From NCBI GenBank assembly GCA_965240325.2, contig OZ251228.1:806001-870000 (forward strand): 64,000 bases of DNA, in the 5' to 3' direction. The notes below the pieces were generated by a model. That model searched no databases. It saw nothing but the letters and a program-made list of their open reading frames with translations, and was not told the DNA's origin. Origin of the DNA: Rebecca billardiae RCC1528. Taxonomy: Eukaryota > Protista > Haptophyta. A program made the translations under genes and the position numbers. Below, one piece after another: positions 22,101 through 35,600 of this stretch; within the stretch, counting starts at the first letter, position 1, and each line of letters begins with the position of its first letter.

Positions 22101-23167
22101 CGGCGGCGCGGCGCGAGGCGGCAGCGCAGCGCGCGGCGCGCGCGCGCGCGCGCGCGAGCGTGCGCGCCGCGCGCCGCGTGCAGCGCGCGTGGCGCGGGCT
22201 CGCCGGACGGCGCACGGCGGTGCGCGCCGCGCCGCGCCGTCAGCCACGCGCGCGCGCCGTGCGCCCCGCGCCGCGCGCCCCGCGCGCACTCACGCCCCTT
22301 TCCCGCCGCCGCGCACGCTGCGCCCCGCAGGCGGAGCGCCGCCGCTCGCTGAGCGCCGAGGCGCTCGCGTCGATGGCAGAACAGACCAAGCGCGCGCGCT
22401 ACGTCGGCTCGCTGCGCGAGGCGGCGCGCGAGCTCGCCATCGCGCGCAACGAGGCGCACCGCGCGCAGGAGAAGGTGCGCGGGGCGCTCCGCGCGGCGCG
22501 CGCGGGCGCGCGAGCGCGCACGGCTGACCCGCTCCCGCCGCCTGCCTCCCGCGCGCGCGGTGCGCGGTGCGTGGTGCGTGGTGCGCGGTGCGCGGCGCAG
22601 ACGTGGGGGTACCAGGAGCTCCTGCAGTCGGCCGGCACCGTCAACGGGCCCGACGTCTCGCCCGTCGGCGCCGAGCCGCCGCCCAAGCCCGCGGCGCGGC
22701 GGCTGTCCATCCTCTCGCTCCCGATGCACCGCAAGGGCGGCGGCGCCAAGGGCGGCAGCACGGTCGCGCCCTCGCCCGCGCCGCCCGCCTCCAAGTTCCG
22801 CGCGTCGTACGCCGACGGCATGAGCGTCACGCCCGGCCCCGGCTCCGCCAAGCCGCCCGCGGAGCACTCGCTCGGCTTGCTCTCGGCCACGCTGGGCAGC
22901 CACAAGGACATTGCGAGCGCGCGCCCGCCCGCGGTGGCGACGTCGGCCGCGGCGCCGGAGGGCTCCGGCGGGCGCGCGGTGCTCAGCCCGCGCACGGGCA
23001 ACCAGCCGGGCACGCCCCGGTACGGCAACAAGGGGTCGGAGGCGAGCCGCGGGTTTGGCGGCAGCGCGGCGCGCACGGGCTCGTCCGGCACGCCCACCTA
23101 CGGCTCCGCCGCGAAGCAGGCCTCCTCCTTCGCCGCGGCGGGCGCGGCCATCGAGCGCGTCGCCTAG
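19129..23167 (+). CDS. Myosin heavy chain (motor domain, several IQ-like motifs, disordered tail); predicted exons 19129-21431, 21574-22219, 22331-22474, 22601-23167
   Basis: YTWTGTILLAVNPY, P-loop GESGAGKTE, LESFGCAKTLRNNNSSRFGK, LDIFGFENF..NSFEQLLINYCNEKLQ, HFAGDVCY, HYVRAIKPN. IQ-like motifs VQAAARRLL, IQAAARR, VQRAWRG. Introns are GTGCGC...CGCAG; the two in-frame ones are less certain. Confidence 0.92.
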
Positions 23168-23665
23168 TCCGAGGGCGCGGCGCGGCGGTCGGGAAGCTTT
23201 TCGGCGGCGGGCGGCGGGGATGGCCCCCGCTCGCCGGGTCTGGGAGGGTTGTGGGGCTGGAGAGCCAGCGAGAGAGGTGGGGACCAGGCCCGGTGCTGGA
23301 TCACTGCGGCCGCGTGACCGCGCGCGCCCCGAGGCCGAGGCCTCGGTGCGCAGGCCGCTACTGCGCCATGCCGGATGGGCCGTGAATCTCATGAACCCGG
23401 AAGTCGACGAGCGCATGCAGCTCTCGAGCCGTGGTCCCGTGGACGGTTTCAAAGGTCAGCCGGCAGCGGATATTTTGGGATCGCTGATAATGTACCACTC
23501 TGATCACGTATTCACGAACACCTTGACGAAATCTGAGGATACGGTTAGTACCCACCTTGTGAAGCCACGCCGACCGAGGGCGCCGCGCCGACCGGTACTG
23601 GCCGGGTTTTCCCGGCTGTTGGCTGCGCCACCCGGGTGTCGGGAGCTGCAGGGCCGCCACGCGCC

Positions 23666-26600
23666 ATGGCACCGGAGCTCGCCGCCCGAGGCCGCGTGCG
23701 CGACGATAAGGCGCGTGCAGGGATCTGCGCGCGCCCCACGGCGCGTGCCGTCCTCCTCGCCCTCGCTGCCTTGCTGCGCCTCCCGGGCGCCGCTGCCGGG
23801 TTTGCCTTCACCAAGGATGAGTTCGCGCTCGTGGCTGACGACCCGATCGTGCTCGCCGACTTTGGCGGCGCCGTCGCTGCGATAGGTGACGTGGATGGGG
23901 ACAGCGTCCAGGACGTCGCCATCGGCTCGCCCGGGAACGACGAGTGCACCATACCGACGGGCGTGAACAACTGCGGCGCGCTCTACGTGCAGCTGCTGAG
24001 CGCTAACGGCACGGTGAAGAGCACGACCAAGATCGGACACTCGATGGGCGGCCTCGGCACGCTCACCAATAACGACAACTTCGGCGAGTCCGTCGTCGGC
24101 CTCGGCAACATCGACGGCGGCTCCCTCGAGTGCATCGCTGTCGGCGCGCCGGCCGATGGCGGGAAGGGAGCCGTCTACATTCTCTGCCTCGCGACCGACG
24201 GCACTGTCTCAAGCAACGCGAAGATCGTCTCGGCGGATCTCACGGACACGGCAGGGCTCTCGAGCGGCGATCGTTTCGGCGTCTCCGTCGGCAACCTCGG
24301 CGACCTCGACGCCAACGGCGTGGTGGACCTCATCGTCGGCGCGGAGGGTGACGCTTCAGGCGGCGCGATGACGGGCGCTGCGTACGTGCTCTTCATGGAG
24401 AGCACGCCCGCCCCCGCCTCCACCTCGGCGCAGGTCAAGATCGCGAGGGTTGGCGGCGCGAGCACGGTGCCCACGCAAGCGGGCGGCCGCTTCGGCGCCG
24501 CCGTCGCCGGCATCGGCGACGTCAACTTCGACGGCGTGCCAGACGCAGCTGTCGGCGCTCCGGACACGGATGCGAGCGCCGGCGCAGTCCACGTCCTGCT
24601 CCTGACCGTGAACGGGACGGTGAGCATGGCCATCAACCACACGGCGAGCAGCGTCGCGCCGGGCATGCCGGCGCTGAGCAGCGGCGACAGGTTCGGCGAG
24701 GACCTCGCAGGGCTCGGAGACTTCGATGGCGACGGCTTTCTCGACATGCTCGTTGGCGCGCCGGGCTCGGTCACCGACCCGGGCAAGGCGTTTGTGATCC
24801 TCGTCGACGGCGTCGGCCAGCCGATCGACCACCTTGAGCTGCCGGAGGCCGCCAGCGGCCTCAGCCTCAGCCTGGACGACCAGTACGGCTACGCGGTCGC
24901 CAGCATGGGCGACTTCGACGGCGATGGCGACACGGACGTGCTCATCGGCGCGCCCGGCGACACCGGCGACATTGGCAAGGCGTACATCACGCTCCTCGGC
25001 CTCACTGCGTCACCTCCTCCGCCGCCGCCCGCGAATCTGGGCGTGGTGGATGCGTTCAAGCTCTCGCTGCTCGAGGGCGGCCTCGACTTCTCGCTCGGCG
25101 CGGACGCGTTTGGCTCGTCTGTTGCAGGCATCGACGACCTGGACGGCGACGGCGCGTTCGACATCGCGGTGGGCGCGTCGCAGGCCAGCACGGGCATGGG
25201 CGCGCTGCACGTGCTCTTCCTGCACGCGAACGCGACGATGAAGGCGTCGAGCCTGATCGACTCCGGCGTGGTCGGTCTGGCCGCGTCGGACGAGTTCGGC
25301 TCGTGCGTGGCGTGCGTGGGCGACGTGAACGGGGACGGCGTGAACGACTTGATCGTGGGCGCCGCTCGCGACTCGTCTCAGGTGAGCGGCGCGGGCGCGC
25401 TGTGGGTGCTGCTGATGGCGTCGGACGGCAGCGTGTCGAACTCGACGAAGATCGCGTCGGATCTGAACGGCGGCCCGACGCTTGCCGTGGACGTCGAGTT
25501 TGGGAGCTCATGTGCCGGCCTCTTTGCTGACCTCGACGCCAACGGCATCGACGACGTGATCGTCGGCTCGCCGCTTTCCGACGACACCGCCGGTTCTGAC
25601 GTCGGCGCGTTTGCGATCCTGTCGTTGGACGCCGCTGGCGCGGCCGTCGCATCGTTGAGCTATGTCGACTCTGCGGAGTCGTACATCTTCTCGCTCGCGG
25701 CGGAGGACCGGTTCGGCAGGAGCGTGTCGGCGTTGGGCGACCTTGACGGCGACGGCGCTGTGGACATTGTCGTCGGCGCGGACGGCGTTGACGACGGCGG
25801 CACGGACGCGGGCGCGTTGTTCGTGGTCTTCCTCGACGGCGTGGGTCTGGTGTTGCGCTCGCTGCGTATCTCGGCGTCGTCCGGTGGGCTGCAGTTCCCG
25901 CTGGGCGCTGGGATGTCGTTCGGCACGTCGGTCGCGTCGATGGGCGACCTGAACCTTGATGGGGTCGTGGACATTGCTGTTGGCGTGCCGGGCGTGGCGG
26001 ACGGCGGCAGCTCCGAGAACGGCGCGGTGCTGATGCTGTACCTCAACGCGAGCGGGTATGCTGTGGACGAGCGCAAGATCTCGCAGACGCACGGCTTGCC
26101 GTTCTCGCTGAACGACGGCGACCGTTTTGGGGAGGCCGTTGCGCACTTCGGCGACCTGTGGTACGACGGCCAGAGCGATCTGCTCGTGGGCGCGCCCGGC
26201 ACGGACGACGACGTGATGGACTCGGGCGCCGCGTACGTGGTCGAGCTCTTCCAGCAGCAGCCGCCCTCACCGCCGCCCTCTCCTGCTCCACCGCCTCCGC
26301 CACCATCGCCGCCGCCGCCGCCGCCCGCGAATCTGGGCGTGGTGGATGCGTTCAAGCTCTCGCTGCTCGAGGGCGGCCTCGACTTCTCGCTCGGCGCGGA
26401 CGCGTTTGGCTCGTCTGTCGCGGGCATCGACGACCTGGACGGCGACGGCGCGTTCGACATCGCGGTGGGCGCGCCGCAGGCCGGCACCGGCATGGGCGCG
26501 CTGCACGTGCTCTTCCTGCACGCGAACGCGACGATGAAGTCGTCGAGCCTGATCGACTCTGGCGTGGTCGGTCTGGCCGCGTCGGACGAGTTCGGCTCGT

Positions 26601-29600
26601 GCGTGGCGTGCGTGGGCGACGTGAACGGGGACGGCGTGAACGACTTGATCGTGGGCGCCGCTCGCGACTCGTCTCAGGTGAGCGGCGCGGGCGCGCTGTG
26701 GGTGCTGCTGATGGCGTCGGACGGCAGCGTGTCGAACTCGACGAAGATCGCGTCGGATCTGAACGGCGGCCCGACGCTTGCCATGGACGTCGAGTTTGGG
26801 AGCTCATGCGCCGGCCTCTTTGCTGACCTGGACGGCAACGGCATCGACGACGTGATCGTCGGCTCGCCGCTTTCGGACGACACCGCCGGTTCTGACGTCG
26901 GCGCGTTTGCGATCCTGTCGTTGGACGCCACGGGCGCGGCCGTCGCATCGTTGAGCTATGTCGACTCTGCGGAGTCGTACATCTTCTCGCTCGCGGCGGA
27001 GGACCGGTTCGGCAGGAGCGTGTCGGCGTTGGGCGACCTTGACGGCGACGGCGCTGTGGACATTGTCGTCGGCGCGGACGGCGTTGACGACGGCGGCGCG
27101 GACGCGGGCGCGTTGTTCGTGGTCTTCCTCGACGGCGTGGGTCTGGTGTTGCGCTCGCTGCGTATCTCGGCGTCGTCCGGTGGGCTGCAGTTCCCGCTGG
27201 GCGCTGGGATGTCGTTCGGCACGTCGGTCGCATCGATGGGCGACCTGAACCTTGATGGGGTCGTGGACATTGCTGTTGGCGTGCCGGGCGTGGCGGACGG
27301 CGGCAGCTCCGAGAACGGCGCGGTGCTGATGCTGTACCTCAACGCGAGCGGGTATGCTGTGGACGAGCGCAAGATCTCGCAGACGCACGGCTTGCCGTTC
27401 TCGCTGAACGACGGCGACCGTTTTGGGGAGGCCGTTGCGCACTTCGGCGACCTGTGGTACGACGGCCAGAGCGATCTGCTTGTGGGCGCGCCCGGCACGG
27501 ACGACGACGTGATGGACTCGGGCGCAGCGTACGTGGTCGAGCTCTTCCAGCAGCAGCCGCCCTCACCGCCGCCCTCTCCTGCTCCACCGCCTCCGCCGCC
27601 ATCGCCGCCGCCGCCGCCGCCCGCGAATCTGGGCGTGGTGGATGCGTTCAAGCTCTCGCTGCTCGAGGGCGGCCTCGACTTCTCGCTCGGCGCGGACGCG
27701 TTTGGCTCGTCTGTCGCGGGCATCGACGACCTGGACGGCGACGGCGCGTTCGACATCGCGGTGGGCGCGCCGCAGGCCGGCACGGGTGCGGGCGCGCTGC
27801 ACGTGCTCTTCCTGCACGCGAACGCGACGATGAAGGCGTCGAGCCTGATCGACTCCGGCGTGGTCGGTCTGGCCGCGTCGGACGAGTTCGGCTCGTGCGT
27901 GGCGTGCGTGGGCGACGTGAACGCGGACGGCGTGAACGACTTGATCGTGGGCGCCGCTCGCGACTCGTCTCAGGTGAGCGGCGCGGGCGCGCTGTGGGTG
28001 CTGCTGATGGCGTCGGACGGCAGCGTGTCGAGCTCGACGAAGATCGCGTCGGATCTGAACGGCGGCCCGACGCTTGCCATGGACGTCGAGTTTGGGAGCT
28101 CATGCGCCGGCCTCTTTGCTGACCTGGACGGCAACGGCATCGACGACGTGATCGTCGGCTCGCCGCTTTCGGACGACACCGCCGGTTCTGACGTCGGCGC
28201 GTTTGCGATCCTGTCGTTGGACGCCACGGGCGCGGCCGTCGCATCGTTGAGCTATGTCGACTCTGCGGAGTCGTACATCTTCTCGCTCGCGGCGGAGGAC
28301 CGGTTCGGCAGGAGCGTGTCGGCGTTGGGCGACCTTGACGGCGACGGCGCTGTGGACATTGTCATCGGCGCGGACGGCGTTGACGACGGCGGCGCGGACG
28401 CGGGCGCGTTGTTCGTGGTCTTCCTCGACGGCGTGGGTCTGGTGTTGCGCTCGCTGCGTATCTCGGCGTCGTCCGGTGGGCTGCAGTTCCCGCTGGGCGC
28501 TGGGATGTCGTTCGGCACGTCGGTCGCATCGATGGGCGACCTGAACCTTGATGGGGTCGTGGACATTGCTGTTGGCGTGCCGGGCGTGGCGGACGGCGGC
28601 AACTCCGAGAACGGCGCCGTGCTGATGCTGTACCTCAACGCGAGCGGGTATGCTGTGGACGAGCGCAAGATCTCGCAGACGCACGGCTTGCCGTTCACGC
28701 TGAACGACGGCGACCGGTTCGGCGACGCCGTTGCGCACTTCGGCGACCTGTGGCACGACGGCCAGAGCGATCTGCTTGTGGGCGCGCCCGGCACGGACGA
28801 CGACGTGATGGACTCGGGCGCCGCGTACGTGGTCGAGCTCTTCCAGCAGCAGCCGCCCTCACCGCCGCCACCGCCGCCCGCCAATCTGGACGTGCTGAAC
28901 GCGTTCAAGTTCTCGCCGCTCGAGGGCGGCCTCGACTTCTCCCTCGGCGCGGACGCGTTTGGCTCGTCTGTCGCGGGCATCGACGACCTGGACGGCGACG
29001 GCGCGTTCGACATTGCGGTGGGCGCGCCGCAGGCCGGCACCGGCATGGGCGCGCTCCACGTGCTCTTCCTGCACGCGAACGCGACGATGAAGTCGTCGAG
29101 CCTGATCGACTCCGGCGTGGTCGGTCTGGCCGCGTCGGACGAGTTCGGCTCGTGCGTGGCGTGCGTGGGCGACGTGAACGGGGACGGCGTGAACGACTTG
29201 ATCGTGGGCGCCGCTCGCGACTCGTCTCAGGTGAGCGGCGCGGGCGCGCTGTGGGTGCTGCTGATGGCGTCGGACGGCAGCGTGTCGAGCTCGACGAAGA
29301 TCGCGTCGGATCTGAACGGCGGCCCGACGCTTGCCGTGGACGTCGAGTTTGGGAGCTCATGTGCCGGCCTCTTCTCGGACCTCGACGGCAACGGCATCGA
29401 CGACGTGATCGTCGGCTCGCCGCTTTCCGACGACACCGCCGGTTCTGACGTCGGCGCGTTTGCGATCCTGTCGTTGGACGCCACGGGCGCGGCCGTCGCA
29501 TCGTTGAGCTATGTCGACTCTGCGGAGTCGTACATCTTCTCGCTCGCGGCGGAGGACCGGTTCGGCAGGAGCGTGTCGGCGTTGGGCGACCTTGACGGCG

Positions 29601-32600
29601 ACGGCGCTGTGGACATTGTCGTCGGCGCGGACGGCGTTGACGACGGCGGCGCGGACGCGGGCGCGTTGTTCGTGGTCTTCCTCGACGGCGTGGGTCTGGT
29701 GTTGCGCTCGCTGCGTATCTCGGCGTCGTCCGGTGGGCTGCAGTTCCCGCTGGGCGCTGGGATGTCGTTCGGCACGTCGGTCGCATCGATGGGCGACCTG
29801 AACCTTGATGGGGTCGTGGACATTGCTGTTGGCGTGCCGGGCGTGGCGGACGGCGGCAGCTCCGAGAACGGCGCGGTGCTGATGCTGTACCTCAACGCGA
29901 GCGGGCACGTGCTAGACGAGCGCAAGATCTCGCAGACGCATGGCTTGCCGTTCTCGCTGAACGACGGCGACCGGTTCGGCGACGCCGTTGCGCACTTCGG
30001 CGACCTGTGGCACGACGGCCAGAGCGATCTGCTCGTGGGCGCGCCCGGCACGGACGACGACGTGATGGACTCAGGCGCCGCGTACGTGGTCGAGCTCTTC
30101 CAGCAGCAGCCGCCCTCACCGCCGCCCTCTCCTGCTCCACCGCCTCCGCCGCCATCGCCGCCGCCGCCGCCGCCCGCGAATCTGGGCGTGGTGGATGCGT
30201 TCAAGCTCTCGCTGCTCGAGGGCGGCCTCGACTTCTCGCTCGGCGCGGACGCGTTTGGCTCGTCTGTCGCGGGCATCGACGACCTGGACGGCGACGGCGC
30301 GTTCGACATCGCGGTGGGCGCGCCGCAGGCCGGCACCGGCATGGGCGCGCTGCACGTGCTCTTCCTGCACGCGAACGCGACGATGAAGGCGTCGAGCCTG
30401 ATCGACTCCGGCGTGGTCGGTCTGGCCGCGTCGGACGAGTTCGGCTCGTGCGTGGCGTGCGTGGGCGACGTGAACGCGGACGGCGTGAACGACTTGATCG
30501 TGGGCGCCGCTCGCGACTCGTCTCAGGTGAGCGGCGCGGGCGCGCTGTGGGTGCTGCTGATGGCGTCGGACGGCAGCGTGTCGAGCTCGACGAAGATCGC
30601 GTCGGATCTGAACGGCGGCCCGACGCTTGCCATGGACGTCGAGTTTGGGAGCTCATGCGCCGGCCTCTTTGCTGACCTGGACGGCAACGGCATCGACGAC
30701 GTGATCGTCGGCTCGCCGCTTTCGGACGACACCGCCGGTTCTGACGTCGGCGCGTTTGCGATCCTGTCGTTGGACGCCACGGGCGCGGCCGTCGCATCGT
30801 TGAGCTATGTCGACTCTGCGGAGTCGTACATCTTCTCGCTCGCGGCGGAGGACCGGTTCGGCAGGAGCGTGTCGGCGTTGGGCGACCTTGACGGCGACGG
30901 CGCTGTGGACATTGTCGTCGGCGCGGACGGCGTTGACGACGGCGGCGCGGACGCGGGCGCGTTGTTCGTGGTCTTCCTCGACGGCGTGGGTCTGGTGTTG
31001 CGCTCGCTGCGTATCTCGGCGTCGTCCGGTGGGCTGCAGTTCCCGCTGGGCGCTGGGATGTCGTTCGGCACGTCGGTCGCATCGATGGGCGACCTGAACC
31101 TTGATGGGGTCGTGGACATTGCTGTTGGCGTGCCGGGCGTGGCGGACGGCGGCAACTCCGAGAACGGCGCCGTGCTGATGCTGTACCTCAACGCGAGCGG
31201 GTATGCTGTGGACGAGCGCAAGATCTCGCAGACGCACGGCTTGCCGTTCACGCTGAACGACGGCGACCGGTTCGGCGACGCCGTTGCGCACTTCGGCGAC
31301 CTGTGGCACGACGGCCAGAGCGATCTGCTTGTGGGCGCGCCCGGCACGGACGACGACGTGATGGACTCGGGCGCAGCGTACGTGGTCGAGCTCTTCCAGC
31401 AGCAGCCGCCGTCACCTCCACCTTCCCCTGCACCTCCACCGCCGCCACCGACTACGTTTGGGGTTCCAGGCTCGGCGAAGATCTCCTTAACCGAGGGTGG
31501 CCTGCCATTCGGCCTTGGCCCGTCGTTTAACTTTGGCGCAGCCGTCGCTGGCGTTGGTGACGTCGACTCCGATGGTTACGTGGAGGTCGCTGTCGGCATC
31601 CCTGGCCGTTCGGCTGGCCGTGGAGCGGTGGGGATCCTCTCCTTGTACGCGAACGCGACCGTCAGGACGGCAAAAATCGTCACCGGGGGTGCTGGCATGA
31701 ATTTCACGCTCTCTCCCGGCGACAACTTCGGCTATGCAATTGGTGTCGGCGATGCCGACTCGAATGGCTTCCCCGACCTCGCCATCGGCGCCCCGTACGA
31801 CAGCACTCTCGTGTCCGCTGGAGGCGCCGTGTACTTCATGGCCCTGAGCGGCAGCGGCGTGAGCGGGATCTTCAAGGTCGCGTCGGGCCTCAACGGGGGC
31901 CCGGCGCTGGATGCAGATGACAACTTTGGAGCCGCCGTCGCGTCCATGGAGCAGGACACCGACTCGAACGGTCTGCTGGATGTCATTGTCGGTGCGCCAG
32001 GAGACGACGACGGCGGCACGGACTACGGGGCAGCGTACTTCCTCTCTTTCAACAACGTCGGGACCATCGTCAACACCGTGAAGGTCTCCGCGCTCACCAC
32101 GAACGCGCCACCCCTCGGCTTCCAGCACTTGTTCGGCTCTGCAGTGGCAGCTGTTGGTGACCTCGACGCCGATGGCGATGTCGACGTCGCCGTCGGAGCG
32201 CCGGGCGATGACGTGGACGGGCTCGATGATTCAGGCGCGTTGTACATCCTCTTTCTCGGGGCCGACGCCCAGCCCACTGGCTACCAGAAGATCTCGCAGC
32301 TCGACGGCAACCTGACCGGCTTTGGTGGGCCATTGCACGAGAATTCGAAATTTGGCCGCTCTGTCGCGCCGCTTGGCGACCTCAATGCCGATGGTGTTCC
32401 TGACATTGCTGTCGGCGCGCCCGGTGACAGCGACGGGGGAGGTGGCGGCAATGGCGCTGTCTTCATCCTCTTCCTAGCGCCCAGCGGAAGCGTCGTGCAG
32501 GCGCGCAAGATCTCGTCGACGTACAGCCAGTTTGGCGCCGCGCTGGCCGATATGGACTTGTTTGGCATCGCCGTGGCATTGATCGGCGACTTGGATGGTG

Positions 32601-35600
32601 ACGGCTTCGAGGATCTTCTCGCTGGTGCGCCCGGTACCGACGATGGAACGGCCGGCACAGGGGCGGTGTACGTGCTTCACCTCACGCAGCTGCAACCACC
32701 GTCGCCTCCGGCTCCGCCACCGAGCCCACCGCCACCAACGCCACCGCCGATCCCGCCTCCGAGCCCGCCGCCTTCTCCGCCACCAAGCCCACCGCCACCA
32801 ACGCCACCGCCGAGCCCACCGCCATCGCCACCTCCGTCGCCGCCGCCGAGCCCGCCGCCTCCAAGCCCGCCGCCAATTCCACCGCCATCGCCGCCACCGT
32901 CCCCACCGCCGTCGCCGCCTCCGCCGAGCCCGCCGCCATCTCCGCCACCATCTCCGCCACCTTCGCCCCCGCCCAGCCCACCGCCACCGTCGCCACCACC
33001 GAGCCCGCCGCCGTCGCCACCACCGAGCCCGCCGCCGAGCCCGCCGCCACCGAGCCCGCCGCCATCACCGCCGCCAAGCCCGCCGCCATCACCGCCGCCC
33101 AGCCCACCGCCACCCTCGCCACCACCGAGCCCACCGCCGTCGCCACCGCCGAGCCCGCCGCCGAGCCCACCGCCGCCCACTCCGCCGCCGAGCCCACCGC
33201 CCGCCCCACCGCCTTCTCCGCCACCAAGCCCACCGCCGCCGACCCCACCACCGAGCCCTCCTCCATCGCCACCTCCGTTACCGCCGCCGTCACCGCCGCC
33301 GCCGAGCCCGCCGCCGTCCCCACCACCATCGCCGCCACCATCGCCGCCACCCAGCCCACCACCACCGTCGCCACCACCAAGCCCGCCGCCGTCGCCACCG
33401 CCGAGCCCGCCGCCGTCACCGCCGCCGCCGAGCCCGCCGCCATCACCGCCGCCAAGCCCGCCGCCATTACCGCCGCCCAGCCCACCGCCACCAACGCCAC
33501 CACCGAGCCCACCGCCGTCGCCACCGCCAAGCCCGCCGCCGTCACCGCCGCCGCCAAGCCCGCCGCCATCTCCACCACCATCGCCGCCACCTTCGCCGCC
33601 ACCAAGCCCACCGCCACCGTCGCCACCACCGAGCCCACCGCCGTCGCCACCACCGAGCCCGCCGCCGAGCCCGCCGCCACCGAGCCCGCCGCCATCACCG
33701 CCGCCAAGCCCGCCGCCATTACCGCCGCCCAGCCCACCGCCACCAACGCCACCACCAAGCCCACCGCCGTCGCCACCACCGAGCCCGCCGCCGAGCCCAC
33801 CGCCACCGAGCCCGCCGCCATCGCCGCCACCATCGCCGCCACCATCGCCGCCACCCAGTCCACCGCCACCGTCGCCACCACCGAGCCCACCGCCGTCGCC
33901 ACCGCCAAGCCCGCCGCCGTCACCGCCGCCGCCAAGCCCGCCGCCATCGCCGCCGCCATCGCCGCCGCCAAGCCCGCCGCCCAGCCCACCGCCGCCGAGC
34001 CCACCGCCCAGCCCACCGCCATCGCCACCTCCGTTACCACCGCCGTCACCGCCGCCGCCAAGCCCGCCACCGAGCCCACCGCCCGCGCCGCCACCGTCGC
34101 CGCCGCCAAGCCCGCCACCTCCGACTCCACCGCCGAGCCCGCCGCCGAGCCCACCGCCATCACCGCCGCCGAGCCCACCACCACCGAGCCCGCCGCCGAG
34201 CCCACCACCGAGCCCGCCGCCGTCACCGCCACCAAGCCCACCGCCGCCGAGCCCGCCGCCGAGCCCGCCACCAAGCCCACCACCTTCACCGCCTCCGAGC
34301 CCGCCGCCACCAAGCCCACCGCCGAGCCCACCGCCGAGCCCGCCACCTTCTCCGCCACCGAGCCCGCCGCCTCCGAGCCCGCCGCCGAGCCCGCCACCGT
34401 CACCGCCACCATCGCCACCGCCGAGCCCGCCGCCGCCCAGCCCGCCGCCCAGCCCGCCGCCCAGCCCGCCGCCCAGCCCGCCGCCGAGCCCGCCGCCTCC
34501 GAGCCCCCCGCCAAGCCCACCGCCATCGCCTCCACCCTCGCCCCCGCCCAGTCCACCACCACCCAGTCCTCCGCCGAGCCCACCGCCAAACCCACCACCG
34601 TCACCGCCTCCGAGCCCGCCGCCGCCAAGCCCGCCGCCGAGCCCACCGCCGAGTCCGCCACCTTCTCCGCCGCCGAGCCCGCCGCCTCCGAGCCCACCGC
34701 CGAGCCCACCGCCGTCACCGCCACCATCGCCGCCTCCGAGCCCACCGCCGCCGAGCCCGCCGCCGAGCCCACCGCCAAGCCCGCCGCCAAGCCCGCCGCC
34801 GAGCCCGCCGCCTCCGAGCCCGCCGCCAAGTCCACCGCCCTCGCCACCACCCGCTCCGCCGCCGAGCCCGCCGCCTCCGAGCCCGCCGCCAAGCCCGCCG
34901 CCGAGCCCACCGCCATCACCGCCGCCGAGCCCGCCGCCCCCAAGCCCGCCACCGAGCCCACCGCCGGCGCCGCCTCCGAGCCCGCCGCCAAGCCCGCCGC
35001 CGCCGGCGCCGCCGCCGAGCCCGCCACCATCGCCACCTCCGTTGCCACCACCGTCACCGCCGCCGCCAAGCCCGCCACCATCGCCGCCGCCGTCGCCGCC
35101 ACCTTCGCCGCCGCCAAGCCCGCCGCCGCCGAGCCCACCGCCGAGCCCGCCGCCATCGCCGCCACCTCTACCGCCGCCGTCGCCGCCGCCGCCAAGCCCG
35201 CCACCGAGCCCACCACCCGCGCCGCCACCGTCACCGCCGCCAAGTCCGCCGCCGCCGAGCCCACCGCCGAGCCCGCCGCCATCGCCACCTCCCTCTCCGC
35301 CGCCGTCACCGCCGCCGCCAAGCCCGCCACCGAGCCCACCACCCGCGCCGCCACCGTCACCGCCGCCAAGCCCGCCGCCGCCGACCCCACCGCCATCTCC
35401 GCCTCCGAGCCCGCCACCATTGCCCCCGCCGAGCCCGCCGCCGCCAAGCCCGCCGCCAAGCCCACCGCCGTCGCCTCCGCCGAGCCCGCCGCCATCACCA
35501 CCACCACCCACTCCACCTCCGAGCCCCCCGCCAAGCCCGCCACCTTCGCCACCGCCGAGCCCGCCACCGCCGAGCCCACCGCCGAGTCCACCACCATTGC

